Of a DNA stretch of 64,000 bases, positions 1 to 12,861 are shown piece by piece (positions within the stretch are counted from its first letter, which is position 1; each line of letters opens with the position of its first letter). The notes beneath the pieces were generated by a model. That model saw only the letters and a list, made by a program, of their open reading frames with translations, was not told the origin of the DNA and made no database searches. Source of the stretch: Klebsormidium nitens (lineage: Eukaryota; Plantae; Klebsormidiophyceae); assembly GCA_000708835.1 (NCBI GenBank), contig DF237400.1, forward strand, positions 11,934 through 75,933, in the 5' to 3' direction. The translations under genes and the position numbers were made by a program.

Positions 1-156
1 TTACGATGTACGAACTTGGGCATCTAGATACATTCCAGAACCTTCTCATGGAGGCGGAAGCCATAATCAAACTTTCTCTGCCCTTCTTTCCACAAGCTGT
101 GTGCAATCCAAGGGGCACACTTTCTAAGGTGCAGGGCCAACCATTAATCGTCCCAC

Positions 157-249
157 CTTTTCATCGCATGGTCGACAAAGTGCAGCTTCGTCAGCAGCAC
201 AAAACAGGAGGGCCGGGGCGGCCTCACACACATCACAAAGTGCCCGCAT
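157..249 (-). CDS. First coding exon of a B-box zinc-finger protein (BBX18/BBX19-like); gene continues beyond the left edge
   Basis: Minus strand reads [31 protein letters not shown], then a GT donor (AAG|GTGGGA). The CxxC...FCxADEAALCxxCD pattern is a plant B-box. It closely resembles my recollection of the Arabidopsis BBX18/19 N-terminus. This exon is missing from the ORF track. Confidence 0.88.
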
Positions 250-1218
250 CAGTACAATCTGGTGTCGACCTGGTGCCTCAAAAGGAGAGCCCCTGCAATT
301 CTGGTGGGTTTGAGTCCTTGGCTGCCCCTAAACCTTGGTAGAAAGGCACATCCTGCCGGCTGGGTTCACACGAGCGCACCCATTAAAAAGCTTCGGCTAC
401 TCCGAACTTTTTGCTCAGCCTGCTGCAGAGTATTTTTTGCACACGTTGCTTCGCATTCTCTTATACTATGTTCTCTAATGTACACATTTCCGCTTTGCAT
501 CCGACTGCCGTAGTAAACCAACGAGACCCTGTCAACTTGAGGGCACCTAGGTACTTAGAGAAAGTGCGATTGCCCCTGGTCCTGATCATGTGATTCATGA
601 ACGCTCTCTTCCTCTGCCACTGGACCCTGGCATCCTTTGCACACGCTAAGCTGCTCTTCCTTCTCCAGTTCATGAGCAATAGCTCGGCATGGTCACCGAT
701 GATGGTGTATCCGAGGTCAGCTTGAGGAATATAGGAGACCCGCTAATAGGTATATAAGTTTGAAGACTATGATTTGTCAACGGTAATTGCGGGTTCCTTT
801 CCGGGCCCGGTATCGGCTCCTAAGAAGACGCGGCCGCTAATATATTGCTTCGGAAATTGCATATTCGCACCTCTAAGTAGCCAGAGGATTACATTTATAA
901 GCCACCTGCGAGACACCGATCGAGAGTTTCTTACTAATACGAGTACGAAAGAAGGAACCTGGGTCGTTTGGAAGGTTGGGGCGTCGCTTGGCAGAAGGCA
1001 GCGCCAGGGTGCTTATAAGTTCAAGCGACATTAGCAAGAGCTGCTATTGTGGGAGCTGGTGCAGGGCTTCTCGTGCTACCCTCAGGGTCAAGGCAGCCAA
1101 GAGTCCTGGCAAACACCACCTCCATCAGGTTTAGGAAGTTTTAGGGCTCTGGCGAAAGTTTTTTCAATTCTAGGAAGTTCGCTGAGTTCCTCAAAAGCAT
1201 TCCTTGGGAAGGTTCAGC
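250..1218. promoter_or_regulatory. Divergent promoter/5'UTR region between the BBX gene and ClpR4
   Basis: Head-to-head ATGs at 249 (-) and 1219 (+). No specific cis-element assigned. Confidence 0.5.
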
Positions 1219-4200
1219 ATGGCCCTGTCCTGCAGGCTGCTCCCCTCCCATAGTCTGGCGCATGCGTGTCCCCGCGCGCAGTATGATAGGACTCAGTCGG
1301 TGGGGACAGGTGGGAGGGTGCCGGGGGTTGCACCGTTGCTGAGAAGCAATTTTGTGTCTCCTTACGTGAGCAGCTCAATGCAGAGTCAGTTTGCTGGGAG
1401 CAATCCGTCACTCGCAAAGCGATGCCAGCAGAGGAGGCCCAGCAGCAAGAGGGCCGTCCGGGGTCCGGTAGAGATGGTGAGTCCCATTTCTTCTCACCAG
1501 TGCAACTTTTGAAAAGTGTCGCTGTAGAATGAAGCCCGCTGCTCTGCGGTCTGGCAGACCTTTACCCATTTCCGTCAGTTGCTGCCGATTTGCATCAGCA
1601 AATGGTGAAGAGGCGCTAGTGATCATTTGTGCATCGCATGCGGCCTGTTGGTATTCCGTCTTTGCTCAAGGAGAAACTTATTGCAAAGGTGGTGGCGCCT
1701 TTGGGCCGTTTGTCGCAAGTTACAGCATCGGTGATGCGTCCACCGGACTGCTTATGATGGTGTGCAAGAGCTGGGGCCGCCAGACTCGATGCCAGCCTTC
1801 TCATCGATAGGTAGCAGTCCCTGGGTTTCGGTATTAGCAAGCAAGGGTTCGCTCTCGATCTTCTGTATCGTGACACTGCCACCTGCTTTTCACCTTGTTG
1901 GTGGAGAGCCAGCTACGCGGGGAAGACTCATCTTGACCTTTGACCGCTTCCATGATCCCTATCCCGGAGGCTGTGCATCATACAAACAGATTGCTCGCAG
2001 GTTCCTATTGACAGACTCTGTTTCGAGTCCGCTTGCATTATGATGCGGGGAGCATCAGACGTCAGTCGGGCCTTCAAACATGAAGCTCACTGAATCATAC
2101 ATTTTTGGTGGCAGGTCATCCCATTCCAACGGGGAGACGCTCTGCAGCAGCCGCCCCCCGACCTCGCTTCCTACCTCTTCAAGAACCGCATCGTGTACAT
2201 TGGCATGTCGCTGGTGCCCGCCGTGACGGAGCTCCTGGTGGCCGAGCTGCTGTATCTGCAGTACGACGATCCCAAGAAGCCCATTTATATGTATATTAAC
2301 TCCACTGGAACAACCAAGGTGCGCCGCCAGTGCCAGTCATTTTTTGAGTGTCACAGTGGTTGGTTTTCCATAATTGTCTCAGATTCGATGATTAGTGACG
2401 CCGGGATTGGAAAAGAAGTAGCGATTGTCGACCTAGCTAAGTCTGAAGTAGGTTAATTAAGCTTGCCTGAACGATGCAGGAAAGGGACAAGCAATCCGTT
2501 CCCTTGGAATCTTTAGAAAATTTATGATTCGGCTCCGTGCGACCTTTCGGTGAAGCGGTTTCGTCCTTTACATTGTTGTGGATACTCCCATACTGACAAC
2601 CATGTGTCCAAATACCAATCAGCTTTGATCACTTGCAGCTTGAGTTGATGTTTCATTGTGATGGTTGCAGGATGGAGAGAAGTTGGGCTACGAGACAGAG
2701 GCGTTTGCCATATACGACACCATGATGTAAGTCTTGGGCTTTACAGCAGCTTACATTCCTTCTTGACCACTTGTCACTCACAGTTGACTCCTGCCATCTA
2801 TGCTTCAGCAACGATTGCTTAGATTAATGCGAGTCAGACTCCCTCCGTCAAGATGATCGACAGATCTGCGTGACCAAAGCATAGAGGGAATCATTTTCTG
2901 GAAGTATTTCCACATTTGCACTAGAAGAAGGCCATCTTTTCTTAGGGCCGGCCGCTGAACCCTTTTCAATGCACCAGGTATGTGAAGAACCAGATCTACA
3001 CTCTGGCAGTGGGCAGTGCGTGGGGTGAGGCGGCTTTCTTGCTGGCAGCTGGCGCAAAAGGCAACCGGGCAGCGCTGCCGTCAGCCACAATCATGATTAA
3101 GCAGGTGAGGACGTTTGTCGAATAAAGCCTGCAGTGATGTTTAAAGGCAGGAAAAAAGAAGCTGAAGGTCAATCTGCCCAACTCAGATCCGGAGTTGTCT
3201 AGTACTTGAAACCTGAAGCGTCCACCCGGTTGCAAAGATTTGAGCTTAGAGTTCTCAATTCACAGATGCTTGACAATTTTTAGGACAAACTGAAGTGAAA
3301 AGGAGAAACGATTTCGGCTGTGCCTCTGAGAAACAACGTTCTGTTCCAATCCCAACCGCACACTTTGATCTCGAATCTACGGATCTTCTCGAAACTGGTC
3401 CGGGTCGAATTGAAGTTCGGCGGCACCATCAACAGGAAACAAGGTACTGCTTTGCACGATGATGCATGATATCTGAGTGATATCTGACTTCGGAGGCACT
3501 CTGTGTCGTGCGCAGCCAGTCGCCCAGTTCCAGGGGCAGGCCACCGACATTGACAACCAGCGGAAGGAGGTGCGGCGGACAAAGAACCAGCTGGTGAGGA
3601 GGAACCTTTGAGGCGCTGGAAAAGTTTCTAGAGGGCTACTTGGAACTCTAAGTGGCCCCAGAGAAAGTGGGCAGGGAAAATTGGAGACGGAGCTCCGAGT
3701 GGAGTATTTGAGTGTGACTGGAAGTCTGCAACTTGTCAGCAGAATGGTCTGAGTACGTAGTGTTCGGATTCTCAATTAAGCGGTTGTTGACTAGCCAGAA
3801 AACGCACGCTCCCAAGTTGTCGAGGCGTTTATGTTGTCATTCTTGGGTTCTTACGCCGTACAAGAACCTGGGGGGGTTGGATGGAGGGAAAAGAATCCTG
3901 CAGTATCTGAAACGAGTTTTCGTCGTATCATCAAGAATGTTTGCTCAAGGCTAGCACGGGGAGCGTCTGAGCTTTTCCTGGCGATAAAGTAAGGAGACTG
4001 CCAATGACGTTGTGGCTCAGAAAGCTTATAACGGATGACGCTACGTGGGTGGGTACTCAGACACTTTGGATATCCGCAGATTGAAATTTTAGCGAAACAT
4101 ACGAGGCACACCCCGGAGGAGATCGACCTGGCCATCTCGCGGCCAAAATACATGAGCCCACAACAAGCGGTGGAGTTCAACATCATCGACAAGGTAAAGC

Positions 4201-4667
4201 AGCCTTCCTAAGCCACCACGACCATGTCGTCGTGCCTTGAAGATTAAATACGAAGGTCGTGTATGCCGATTTTCGTACTGCTTGTTTCCTTTGTTATAAA
4301 GAATGAAACATCCCCTCATGTGGGTTGTCCAACCGACTCGTGATGTACTCCTCTCCAATGACGCCAAACTTGTCAAGTTCGTCCGCAACGGGGCAAGATT
4401 CCTTTTGGGCTTGTTGGTGTGTTTTGCCCCGTTATCGAGCCTGAATCGTGTCACGATTATCCAGAGTTTGTGGAAAGTGTTTGAGCCAATATTTCTCAAA
4501 TCAGCATCTGCAGAATACACCCTGCAGGCGAGGCGTCTTGCTGAGGCTGCTATTTATTTTTATCACTGATGCCGGATGTCTGATTATCCCAGGTTATTGA
4601 CCCAAAGAACCAAGCCAAGGGGGATGGCGTGGTGGAATCACTCCGGAGATCGCGACTGCCTACGTGA
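1219..4667 (+). CDS. CLPR4: Plastid Clp protease non-catalytic subunit ClpR4, 7 exons, about 303 aa
   Basis: Exons 1219-1476, 2115-2318, 2671-2726, 2978-3104, 3516-3593, 4080-4193, 4593-4667; all GT-AG and phase-consistent. Ser/Arg-rich transit-peptide-like N-terminus, then VIPFQRG..QPPPDLASYLFKNRIVYIGMSLVPAVTELLVAELLYLQY..IYMYINSTGTTK. Catalytic Ser is replaced (AWGEAA) and catalytic His is replaced (IMIKQP), which is diagnostic of ClpR. Confidence 0.95.
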
Positions 4668-5826
4668 GCTTTGGGCTGTTGGTCGCGCTTGGATCTAGGA
4701 ACATTTGCAGGTATCCGAACCTTCTTTACCCAACTTATTGAACAGCCCTTGCCTATACTTGGACCCGGAAAACGAGTGCACAGAAGCCTCGTGCCAAATT
4801 GACTTGCAGTTGGAGGTTGTGGCATAGGATACGGTGAGATTCAACGGAAGAAAAGTGCGCTTGAATAGATACCGTACACAGACTTGAGACACAGTGTGCC
4901 CGCACCCAATATAATCTGGACATCTGATTGTCGCCATTGCTTCCTTACGCACTCTGGAAGACTGATTGGTTGTAGGCCTGAGCTTTCCCTGCCGGGATCA
5001 TTCGTGGCCCAGAATTCTTGCACGTTGGCATGACCCCAGCAGGACATGGTTGCATGCCCCAGGTGTCGTTACTCACCCGATCACTTGTGCCACTCACAAA
5101 AGTTCCGTCATTGCACTGTGGCATAATCGGAAGTCGGGGGCAACACATGATGTGGCCAATTAGACTCATGCATGCAAACTCGTGGTCGATATCGACATAT
5201 GAAGTAAGTTCTACTAAATATAACCGGACCATGCCAATATGGGATTGTTGGCCGATCGCAACTCGTTGGTCACGTTGCTGGGCCACCAGCATCGCTCCAT
5301 TTTGATGTCACATTGAATAGCTGCCCGCCTGGCAATATATATGGGTTCAACGCAAAGTTGAAGCCTGCTTGCAGAACTGGACAGCGAGCTGCCCAGTAGT
5401 AGCCCCGCCGCTGAGCACTAAGGCATGCTTAAGCATTTGCACCCGCCAAGGCAGGATCAAGGGATCATAACACTGATGAGAAAATTGCAGCCAGGCGGCA
5501 ATCTATGCTGAGGAACTGCGAGATTCCGATCAAGCTTTCGATTTGCTGCATGCATTCATGATTGAACCTTATCTTTGCAAGCGCTGATAAGGGTCTATTC
5601 GCACGGCGCCCTGTCCGTTCTGGGGGCCAGCTGCAACCACATAGACGATTGACAGGGCGGCCTGCTTATGGTCGGTAGCCCCTCTGGCATCACAAGGTAA
5701 AACTCCACGTTGAGCTGGCAATATTGAAAGTGTCGACTGAAAATATTTATGCGACTTGGCACCAAAGCGAAGCCGCTTGAAGGAAGCCCTGCAAAATTGT
5801 AGCCATGTCGACAACCTCTATCACTC

Positions 5827-7192
5827 TTAACTAATTTGTTCTAGCCCCTTGACTGCCTGGATAGTTGATGCAAGTTTGTGGACGAGATCAAGAAGCTGCA
5901 ACCAAAGACCAATACGGTGTCAGGACATGAAGCTTGAAGCAGATTTTGACGGCCGTCGTCATGATCAAGTACCACTGATCTATCCCACCACTTGGTTGTA
6001 CGAAGTGAGTGCAGCCCAGTTCTCAAGGTCCAACAAAGAAACAAAACAAACACAAACGTTTCATGCACTGTCAACCAGTTGTTGACTTGACGTGCGACAT
6101 GAGGTGATCGGAACGAAGCGCACTGACCTGAGTAAGCTCTTCTGAGTCTCGACATTCTTGAATGGCCTCCCGGCACTCCTGCAAAGTAGCGTACATTAAG
6201 AACGACAAACCCAATATAGTCCTCTCGCAACAAGTGAAGCAGGACGATTTTACAGGCATGGGACATTTGGATACATCACAAGCAAAACATTCCGTTATCC
6301 CTGCTGACCCACAAATGTGCGCATATGCTTAATGTCTGCAACTCAACCTAAAGAATGAGGAGCCTCAGGAAGTGTGCTGGCTGAAAGGTTTGTTTGTAGT
6401 CTTGGCGCACCTCTACTTTGGTGACCAGGCTTGATTGCAGCGTCCGTGCGGCACTCTGCAGGTTGGTCGCTCCAGCTGCCGCCTGCACAACACAAGTGTA
6501 CTCAGAATTTGCATACTGTGCAAAGCACCACCTCACCATCGCACTTCATTCATATCCGCTCCAGTGAGAGATCAATAACCGGAAAATACTCTACACTTTC
6601 AAGGTCAGGCAACACGGTGTCACGTTGAAGAAGGCCAAAATTTTTAGGCCCTTACATGGTTTGGCAGCTGGGTAGTCAGGGCCGAGTCAGTTGCCTGCCG
6701 CTTCGCCTCGCGCCCCTCCTCCCCCACGTTACCCTCCATTGCGGCCTCTCTCGCCACTTCCGGAGATGTTTTCCGCTTCGGGGTGGCTGCCTGGCCCGCC
6801 CCACCCTCCCTCTCCACACTTGGCCCCGCCGGCTCGGTGGCAGTCTGCTGGCTTTCGTCCACCACGCGCATATCGCACGCCACGCACCACAGCTGGCGCT
6901 GCCTGTCGCGCATGATGGGTGAGTAGCACTGGGGGCAGCTCATGTCGAGCATGGCCCACCCCTGCAGCATCCGCTGACCAATCAGTGCAGACGCACGGTC
7001 CATCTGTGCAGCGCGCTGCCGCCGCTGCTCCTCTGCTGCGAGGTCTTCCTCCATCGGGGCCGCTATCCCATTTGCCACCTGCCCATTTGCCCCCGGCCCA
7101 TCCGCCACCAGTCCGTTTGCCTCCCGCGGGGAATTCAGCTCCAGCCCCCCGAGACCGCCAATGGCGTCTATGCGGTCCTCTAAGCCCGGCAT
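5827..7192 (-). CDS. SSSCA1/ZNRD2-like (Sjogren/scleroderma autoantigen p27) zinc-ribbon protein, 4 exons, about 242 aa
   Basis: Exons 7192-6656, 6482-6411, 6178-6128, 5895-5827, all phase 0. Motif SALIGQRMLQGWAMLDMSCPQCYSPIMRDRQRQLWCVACD matches the Auto_anti-p27 family. Helical C-terminus LQSSLVTKVEECREAIQECRDSEELTQLLDLVHKLASTIQAVK fits the family C-terminal helices. Confidence 0.87.
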
Positions 7193-7724
7193 TCTGCGAG
7201 CCTGCTTGCAATCACAGCTGATAGACAGCCCTGCTTTCCTCGCCCCTCCTCCTCCTGTCTCCCTTCCTCTCTATCCTCCGGAGTGTACTATAATTAACTA
7301 CTAGTCTCAGAGCACTTTTCTTGATCCTGATTCTTGAATGTGCTGCACGTTTCTGGTTGAAGGCACGGTCAGGAAAACCATGGCTGCGCCGAGCCGGTTT
7401 ACTTGCTCGGTGACATCAGACAAAGACACTAAAGGAGACCTCGGAAGGAAATATTGCTCGGCGTTGTGAAGCTGGTGTCATGAAGGCTGCCTTTCGAAGC
7501 GCCGTGGCAAGAAGCGGGCGCTGACTTCAAAGTTCAAACCATTGCAAACCCCGACGGCGACAGGCGAACCATTGAAACAAAGCCTGCACTCTTCTCGTAC
7601 ATACCTAGAGCCTAGAGGCTAGTGCTTGAGACTCTGAAGAAAAGAGGGAGCGTTCAGGGCGCTCAATTGAACCAGGAGGTGCCCGATTACATCTGTTTTT
7701 CAGGAACTCCGAGGCCCTTCCACC
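7193..7724. promoter_or_regulatory. Short divergent (bidirectional) promoter region between the SSSCA1-like gene and PSMA5
   Basis: Only about 530 bp between the opposed ATGs. A pyrimidine-rich acceptor-like TTTTTCAG just before the PSMA5 ATG suggests a 5'UTR intron. Confidence 0.55.
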
Positions 7725-10700
7725 ATGTTTCTCACCAGGTAAGAGGATTTACTGCAATTTAACTGCTGTGCTAGAGCTAACTCGATGCGACAATTCACAA
7801 AGTTGGTCGTTTACTAAACGGCTGTGCTTGGCGCCATGTCTCAGATTAGCATCCGGTATCCAAAGCAATGGAATTGTCTTACCTAAGATGGTTGTTACAA
7901 AATCTGTAGAGGTCGATCACAGGACCTGACCTATCAGCAACCTGTGACCTGACCCTATTGGGCGATTACGAATCATAGAAGCTGGTTCCGAGGGGATCGA
8001 GTTCTGTGAATCGAGCATATTGCGATGAAAACAAATATGTCTGGGCTTCTGTTAGTTGACGCTTGGTGTATGAGCGCTCTCAGACTGCTGCAGAGGCGTA
8101 TGACAATTGGTACTTTCACATAGAGAGGTAATAGAAGGGTCGCAACGCCTCTCATTGAGCATGTTGTGGACCGTGCAGGAGTGAATATGATCGCGGCGTC
8201 AACACCTTCTCTCCGGAAGGGCGGCTCTTTCAAGTGGAGTACGCTATAGAAGCCATCAAAGTAAGTGATGATTCTTGGGGTGATCAATTAAGTAGACTGT
8301 GGTTGCCCTGAATGCGATTGGTGCACTAAGACTATCTTCACCGTCAGCTCACCTTGAATGATCTTGCAGCTCTGCTTCTTTAATCCTCATTCTCGTCTGT
8401 GTGCAGCTGGGGTCCACTGCTGTGGGTGTGGCTACCAAGGAGGGGGTCATTCTGGCGGTGGAGAAGCGCATCACGTCACCCCTGCTGGTAAGTGCAGCCA
8501 ATTGCAGCTTCCCCTAAGAACCAGGCAATTTGTGAGGATGATTACATAGGCGCTCTGCATCAAGGTCTGTTGCTCGGTGCTCAAGGATCAGGCGGTTTCC
8601 ATGCTCATATTACTCTGATTGCGACTTGGGGTTTCTCAGTGACTTGGGGTTTCTCAGTCTCCATATCTATGAATACTGTCAGAGCCTAGTATCATAGTAT
8701 GTAGTGGTTGGTTATCTGCAGGAGCCCCGGAGTATTGAGAAGGTGATGGAGATTGATGAGCACATTGGGTGTGCCATGAGCGGGCTCACTGCTGACGCCA
8801 GGACTCTCATCGACCATGCCAGAGCGGAGACCCAGGTCAGACTTTCTCTCCCGCTCCATAAGCAACTGCAGGATAGGGAAATTGCCCTCATTTGTTGGGA
8901 TTGCCCACTCGCTCAAGGTCGCCACTGAGGTTGCTTCCTTAGAATCTCCTAAGTGCGCTCTTTTGAAAACCTCCAAGGCACTTGAGACTGGTACTGTCCC
9001 CGCCTTGGATAGCATCACATGACAACCCGATCACTTGCGTTTCCACAATATGACGCAGTGGCGTCTTTGCAAATCATCGATCATTGCTTGGCGCAAGTGT
9101 TCATGTCGATACGGGAAACCTGTAAGGCTTTGCGATGTGGTCACCAATGTCAGTGAGCTGTGCTGAAGACTGGTGGCTGTGTTGTGCAGAGCCATCGGTT
9201 CACGTACAACGAGCCCATGACGGTGGAGTCCTGCACGCAGTCCCTCTGTGACCTGGCGCTGCGCTTTGGAGAGGATGGGGAGGACTCCATGGTGAGAGAT
9301 GTGCTGCGATGTTGGTCTGTTTGGTTTTCCGGCTTTGATTGCGAAATGGTTGCCTGCTTGGTAATAGTACACAAGAAAGTTTCTGGAAATGCATTAGGTT
9401 ATCAACGTGTGTCTGGGTTTGAAGCCTCTACAAAGTATGTCATATCCAAAATGTCCGGCAATAGTAAGGCTTCTGAGTCATTGCGAGTCATTGTGTGCTG
9501 GCTAACCATTTAGTGTTCCCCTTTTTGTCCTTCTGCTGACCAGCCTTTCCCCGCTTTACTTTCTCTGTGCAGAGCCGTCCGTTTGGGGTGGCGTTGCTCA
9601 TTGCGGGCTGGGACGAGAGCGGCCCCTGCCTGTAAGCTATGGCCCTGACGTCCTTAGCAGTGTTTCGTGCAGTTGTATGGTCACAGTCTCTGCTTGTAGA
9701 GCTTCACATGGTGCTGGCTTTCTGGCGTTCGTGGATCCACATACATCGTTTGTTTATGAGGCCATTCCTCGGGGGGGTCCACGACACGGCCAGGACCGTG
9801 AAGAGAAGACTTTTGCTTCTGACAGCCGTTTCTAGCTGGAGACCGCGCCGATTCCTGCCTTGAACTGCGCTCCTTCTGCAAAGCGTTGATTTCTCTGGCT
9901 TGCAGATCGTCGTATTTCAAGTGTTTCTTGGAGATTACTTGGGATGGCTTATTGACAAGCGCAGTCATCTTGCTTGCAATCGTGCCCTTGTCTACCAGGC
10001 TGCTCTGACGGTCCGAAGTGACCGAGTAATTCTCTGCTTCAAGCTGGCACTGGTTCTCCTAGTGGCTGTGCGGCCGAGCTGAGCGAGACAAGCTGCCCGT
10101 GCTGTGTGCAGGTACCACACGGACCCATCCGGCACATTTGTCAAGTACGAAGCTAAGGCTATCGGCTCCGGGTCGGAGGGGGCGCAGTCGTCCTTGCAAG
10201 AGCACTATAACAAGGTAACGTCGACCGTTTTCGAAAGGTTGCCTTTCAATCTGCGATTGATTGTTTTTTCCCCTTTACCCTTCGTTTCAAGCGCTCGTTA
10301 ACTTTGGCAAGCGGTTGGTGTCTATCTGGGCACCATTTAAGAGAGGCCGAGTGCACAAGAAGCATAGGGACGAGTTGGCACTGCGAGAAAGCTTTGCTGT
10401 GAAAGTCGATCCAATAAGTGAGTGCCAGCCACATCGAAGCACGACGGCTACCGTCTGTTATGCTGTTAGGGAATGATTCAAGGGCCTGCTAGTGCCCTTC
10501 ACCAGTGACCGCTTGCATTTCCTTCTCTGAGACCTACCTGTATCCTGCTTAGATTTCGGAGAACCAGTAGAGAGCAGCTCAAGCAGCCGGCCTCTTGTGC
10601 CCTGAAACAATTCGCATGTCTTATGGTTGTTGCTTTTCAAGGACACACCGAATGTGCTCTAGCGTTGAACCAGAGATTTTTCTGTGCACAGGACCTGACG

Positions 10701-11160
10701 CTGAAAGAAGGGGAGACGCTGGCGCTGTCCACCTTGAAACAGGTCATGGAGGAGAAGGTGGGAGAACTAGTTTCCTTTTCGTCAGCCTCGAGGCGCTCAT
10801 TTCAGCAGCCGTCAGGGCCTTTGTCTCGATGTTTACTTCTCATCTGATTCTTTGACGACCTTCGTAAAGGTCCATTTGCGTATTCTTCATTTAAAAGCCG
10901 ATTATTCCAGACAGCCGTTGTTTCGGGAGAGTTTTTTCCAAGTATGATGCTCATCCGTGCAACCTTCTGCAACGGAGTCGGACCTTCTGTGAGCATCGGG
11001 CAATCCCTCACTTGTGCGTCAAGCTTGTGGTCACATTGTTCTGACCGGAAGGCCTCCTCGTGTCCAGGTTACGGCTACGAACGTAGATATTGCGATAGTA
11101 GCTCCCAAGTTTCATTTGCTGACGGATGAAGAGATTCAAGAGGTTATTGACCGGCTATAA
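7725..11160 (+). CDS. PSMA5: 20S proteasome subunit alpha type-5 (PAE), 9 exons, 237 aa
   Basis: Exons 7725-7738, 8179-8260, 8407-8487, 8722-8835, 9190-9291, 9573-9631, 10112-10214, 10692-10757, 11068-11160. Translation [39 protein letters not shown]...[40 protein letters not shown] is typical alpha-5. Confidence 0.98.
8623..8658. repeat. Perfect 18-bp tandem duplication in PSMA5 intron 3
   Basis: GACTTGGGGTTTCTCAGT twice, adjacent. Confidence 0.9.
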
Positions 11161-12861
11161 TTGAGGACGATCTGAGATGTCCCTGAGCTTTGGCGCGAAC
11201 TGCCGCTGCTGAAGCACTCCTTTGTCCACCTTTCGTGCTCTCAGACTTATCAGCAAAACATCCGGTATTGCGAGACCGTTTGATCTGTTTACCGGATTGC
11301 CTACATGAAATTGGAAGTGCGTGACAGCCTGGCGACACCACTAATGTTTCGAGCTACACGGTTGTTCTGAGGGTCTAGCAAGTACGAGGCTCGCATGCAT
11401 CCTCTCGAGCTCTGGTGCCCGTATTTGAATCCAGCTGTACTGAGACAATCATATATAGGTTCACTTTTGTATTTGCGGCGTCCCGGCAGGCCTCCGCCTT
11501 GATTTCACTTTGGCGTGCAATTCAATCTGATAAGTAAGATTGCTGATTGGCGACAACGTGGATTGTAGCATCTTCAGTATAGAGCTGATAGTGATCTGAC
11601 ATTGTCACGCAACATCGCATGTGGGCCATCACATTAGAACGGTAGCTTGCTGTTGTAGTCGGATCTGATTGCGCATGCAAGGTCCAACGATGAGTCATGC
11701 AATCGAATCTGCCTTTCGTATGACTTCATAGTCTGCCTCGGACGGTCGCAAGACTTTTCAGAGCCTCAGGCTCAACTTCCATATTATTGGTCGAGTTCAA
11801 GTTATGCGGCCGGGCAGCGTTTGCAGTCATCTTTCAACAGCAACATCTCGCGTGCATGTACTCCGACTATGTACGTACATCGAATTCAACACGTTAATCG
11901 CCAAATAGGCGTCGACTAGTTAGCATGCCGCGCGGCGGCCGCCTGACTGGCGAGTGGCCGACCCATCATTGCCGGGCCCGGCCGCGCGGCGCGTGGGACC
12001 TGCATATGCAGCGCGGCCCGGCATGCATGACTTGAGAACAAGAGGAAATATGGACCGTGGCCGCGGCCCCAGGCTTCATGCAAGCTTAGCAATTAATTCA
12101 GGCCATTCAACGTTGGCCATTCAATGTACATGTGCATCATAGATTCTCATTCTAGCTTCTGCGCGCGACGAATTGATGCCAGCCGGTCTAGTGACAGCGC
12201 AAGACGGTCCGACGTCATGCGATGTCATTGCATGATGACGTTACAGTAGCTGATGAACGTTTGCATCAGAGACTTGACGACCATATTGTCACTTCCGACG
12301 ACTGCAATATTCGCCGCGCAGTCATGTGTCTGCCATATTGGGGCCAGCAGTCCCACTGCCAATCATGCAATCAGCGACTAGACTGACGAACAAGCATGCT
12401 TTGTCGCAGCCACCTACTGCCGTCGCAACTTCACGAGCCTGAAGAATTTAAACATCCAATCAAATGATCAAAGCTGCAACAGAATGATGCGGCGCTCGCT
12501 GACAATGTCCACAATCAAGTTTGGCTTGCTTGCGACGTAGCTGAACCTCAACTTGGCCAGGCCAGGGCGGAGCCGCTGCAAACAACAACACCCATTACTC
12601 ACTCATACATGTATGGTTTTAGCAGCTAAGGCCCAGCCGCATCCTCATCTGATGTAGTCAAGGCGTTTGGCAATGCCAAATGCTGATCATTGCCAACTAT
12701 CCACGAGGAGACCGAGAGTATTGCATCATCTACCCGACGGTTCTCGCTCTTGCGAAGGCGGTCGACAGTAGACCACAAAATCCGCTCGCCGCCCGCGTCA
12801 GCGCGCACGGGATTCCGTGATACATTGCAGTCGGCAGCCGTTGCAATTATAACTTGACCGT

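Noticed and set aside
11400-12600. Transposon, ncRNA or CRISPR-like array call for the palindromic spacer
   Set aside because: No transposase ORF, terminal repeats, target-site duplication, tRNA cloverleaf or regularly spaced identical repeats were visible. Reported only as an unexplained palindrome cluster.
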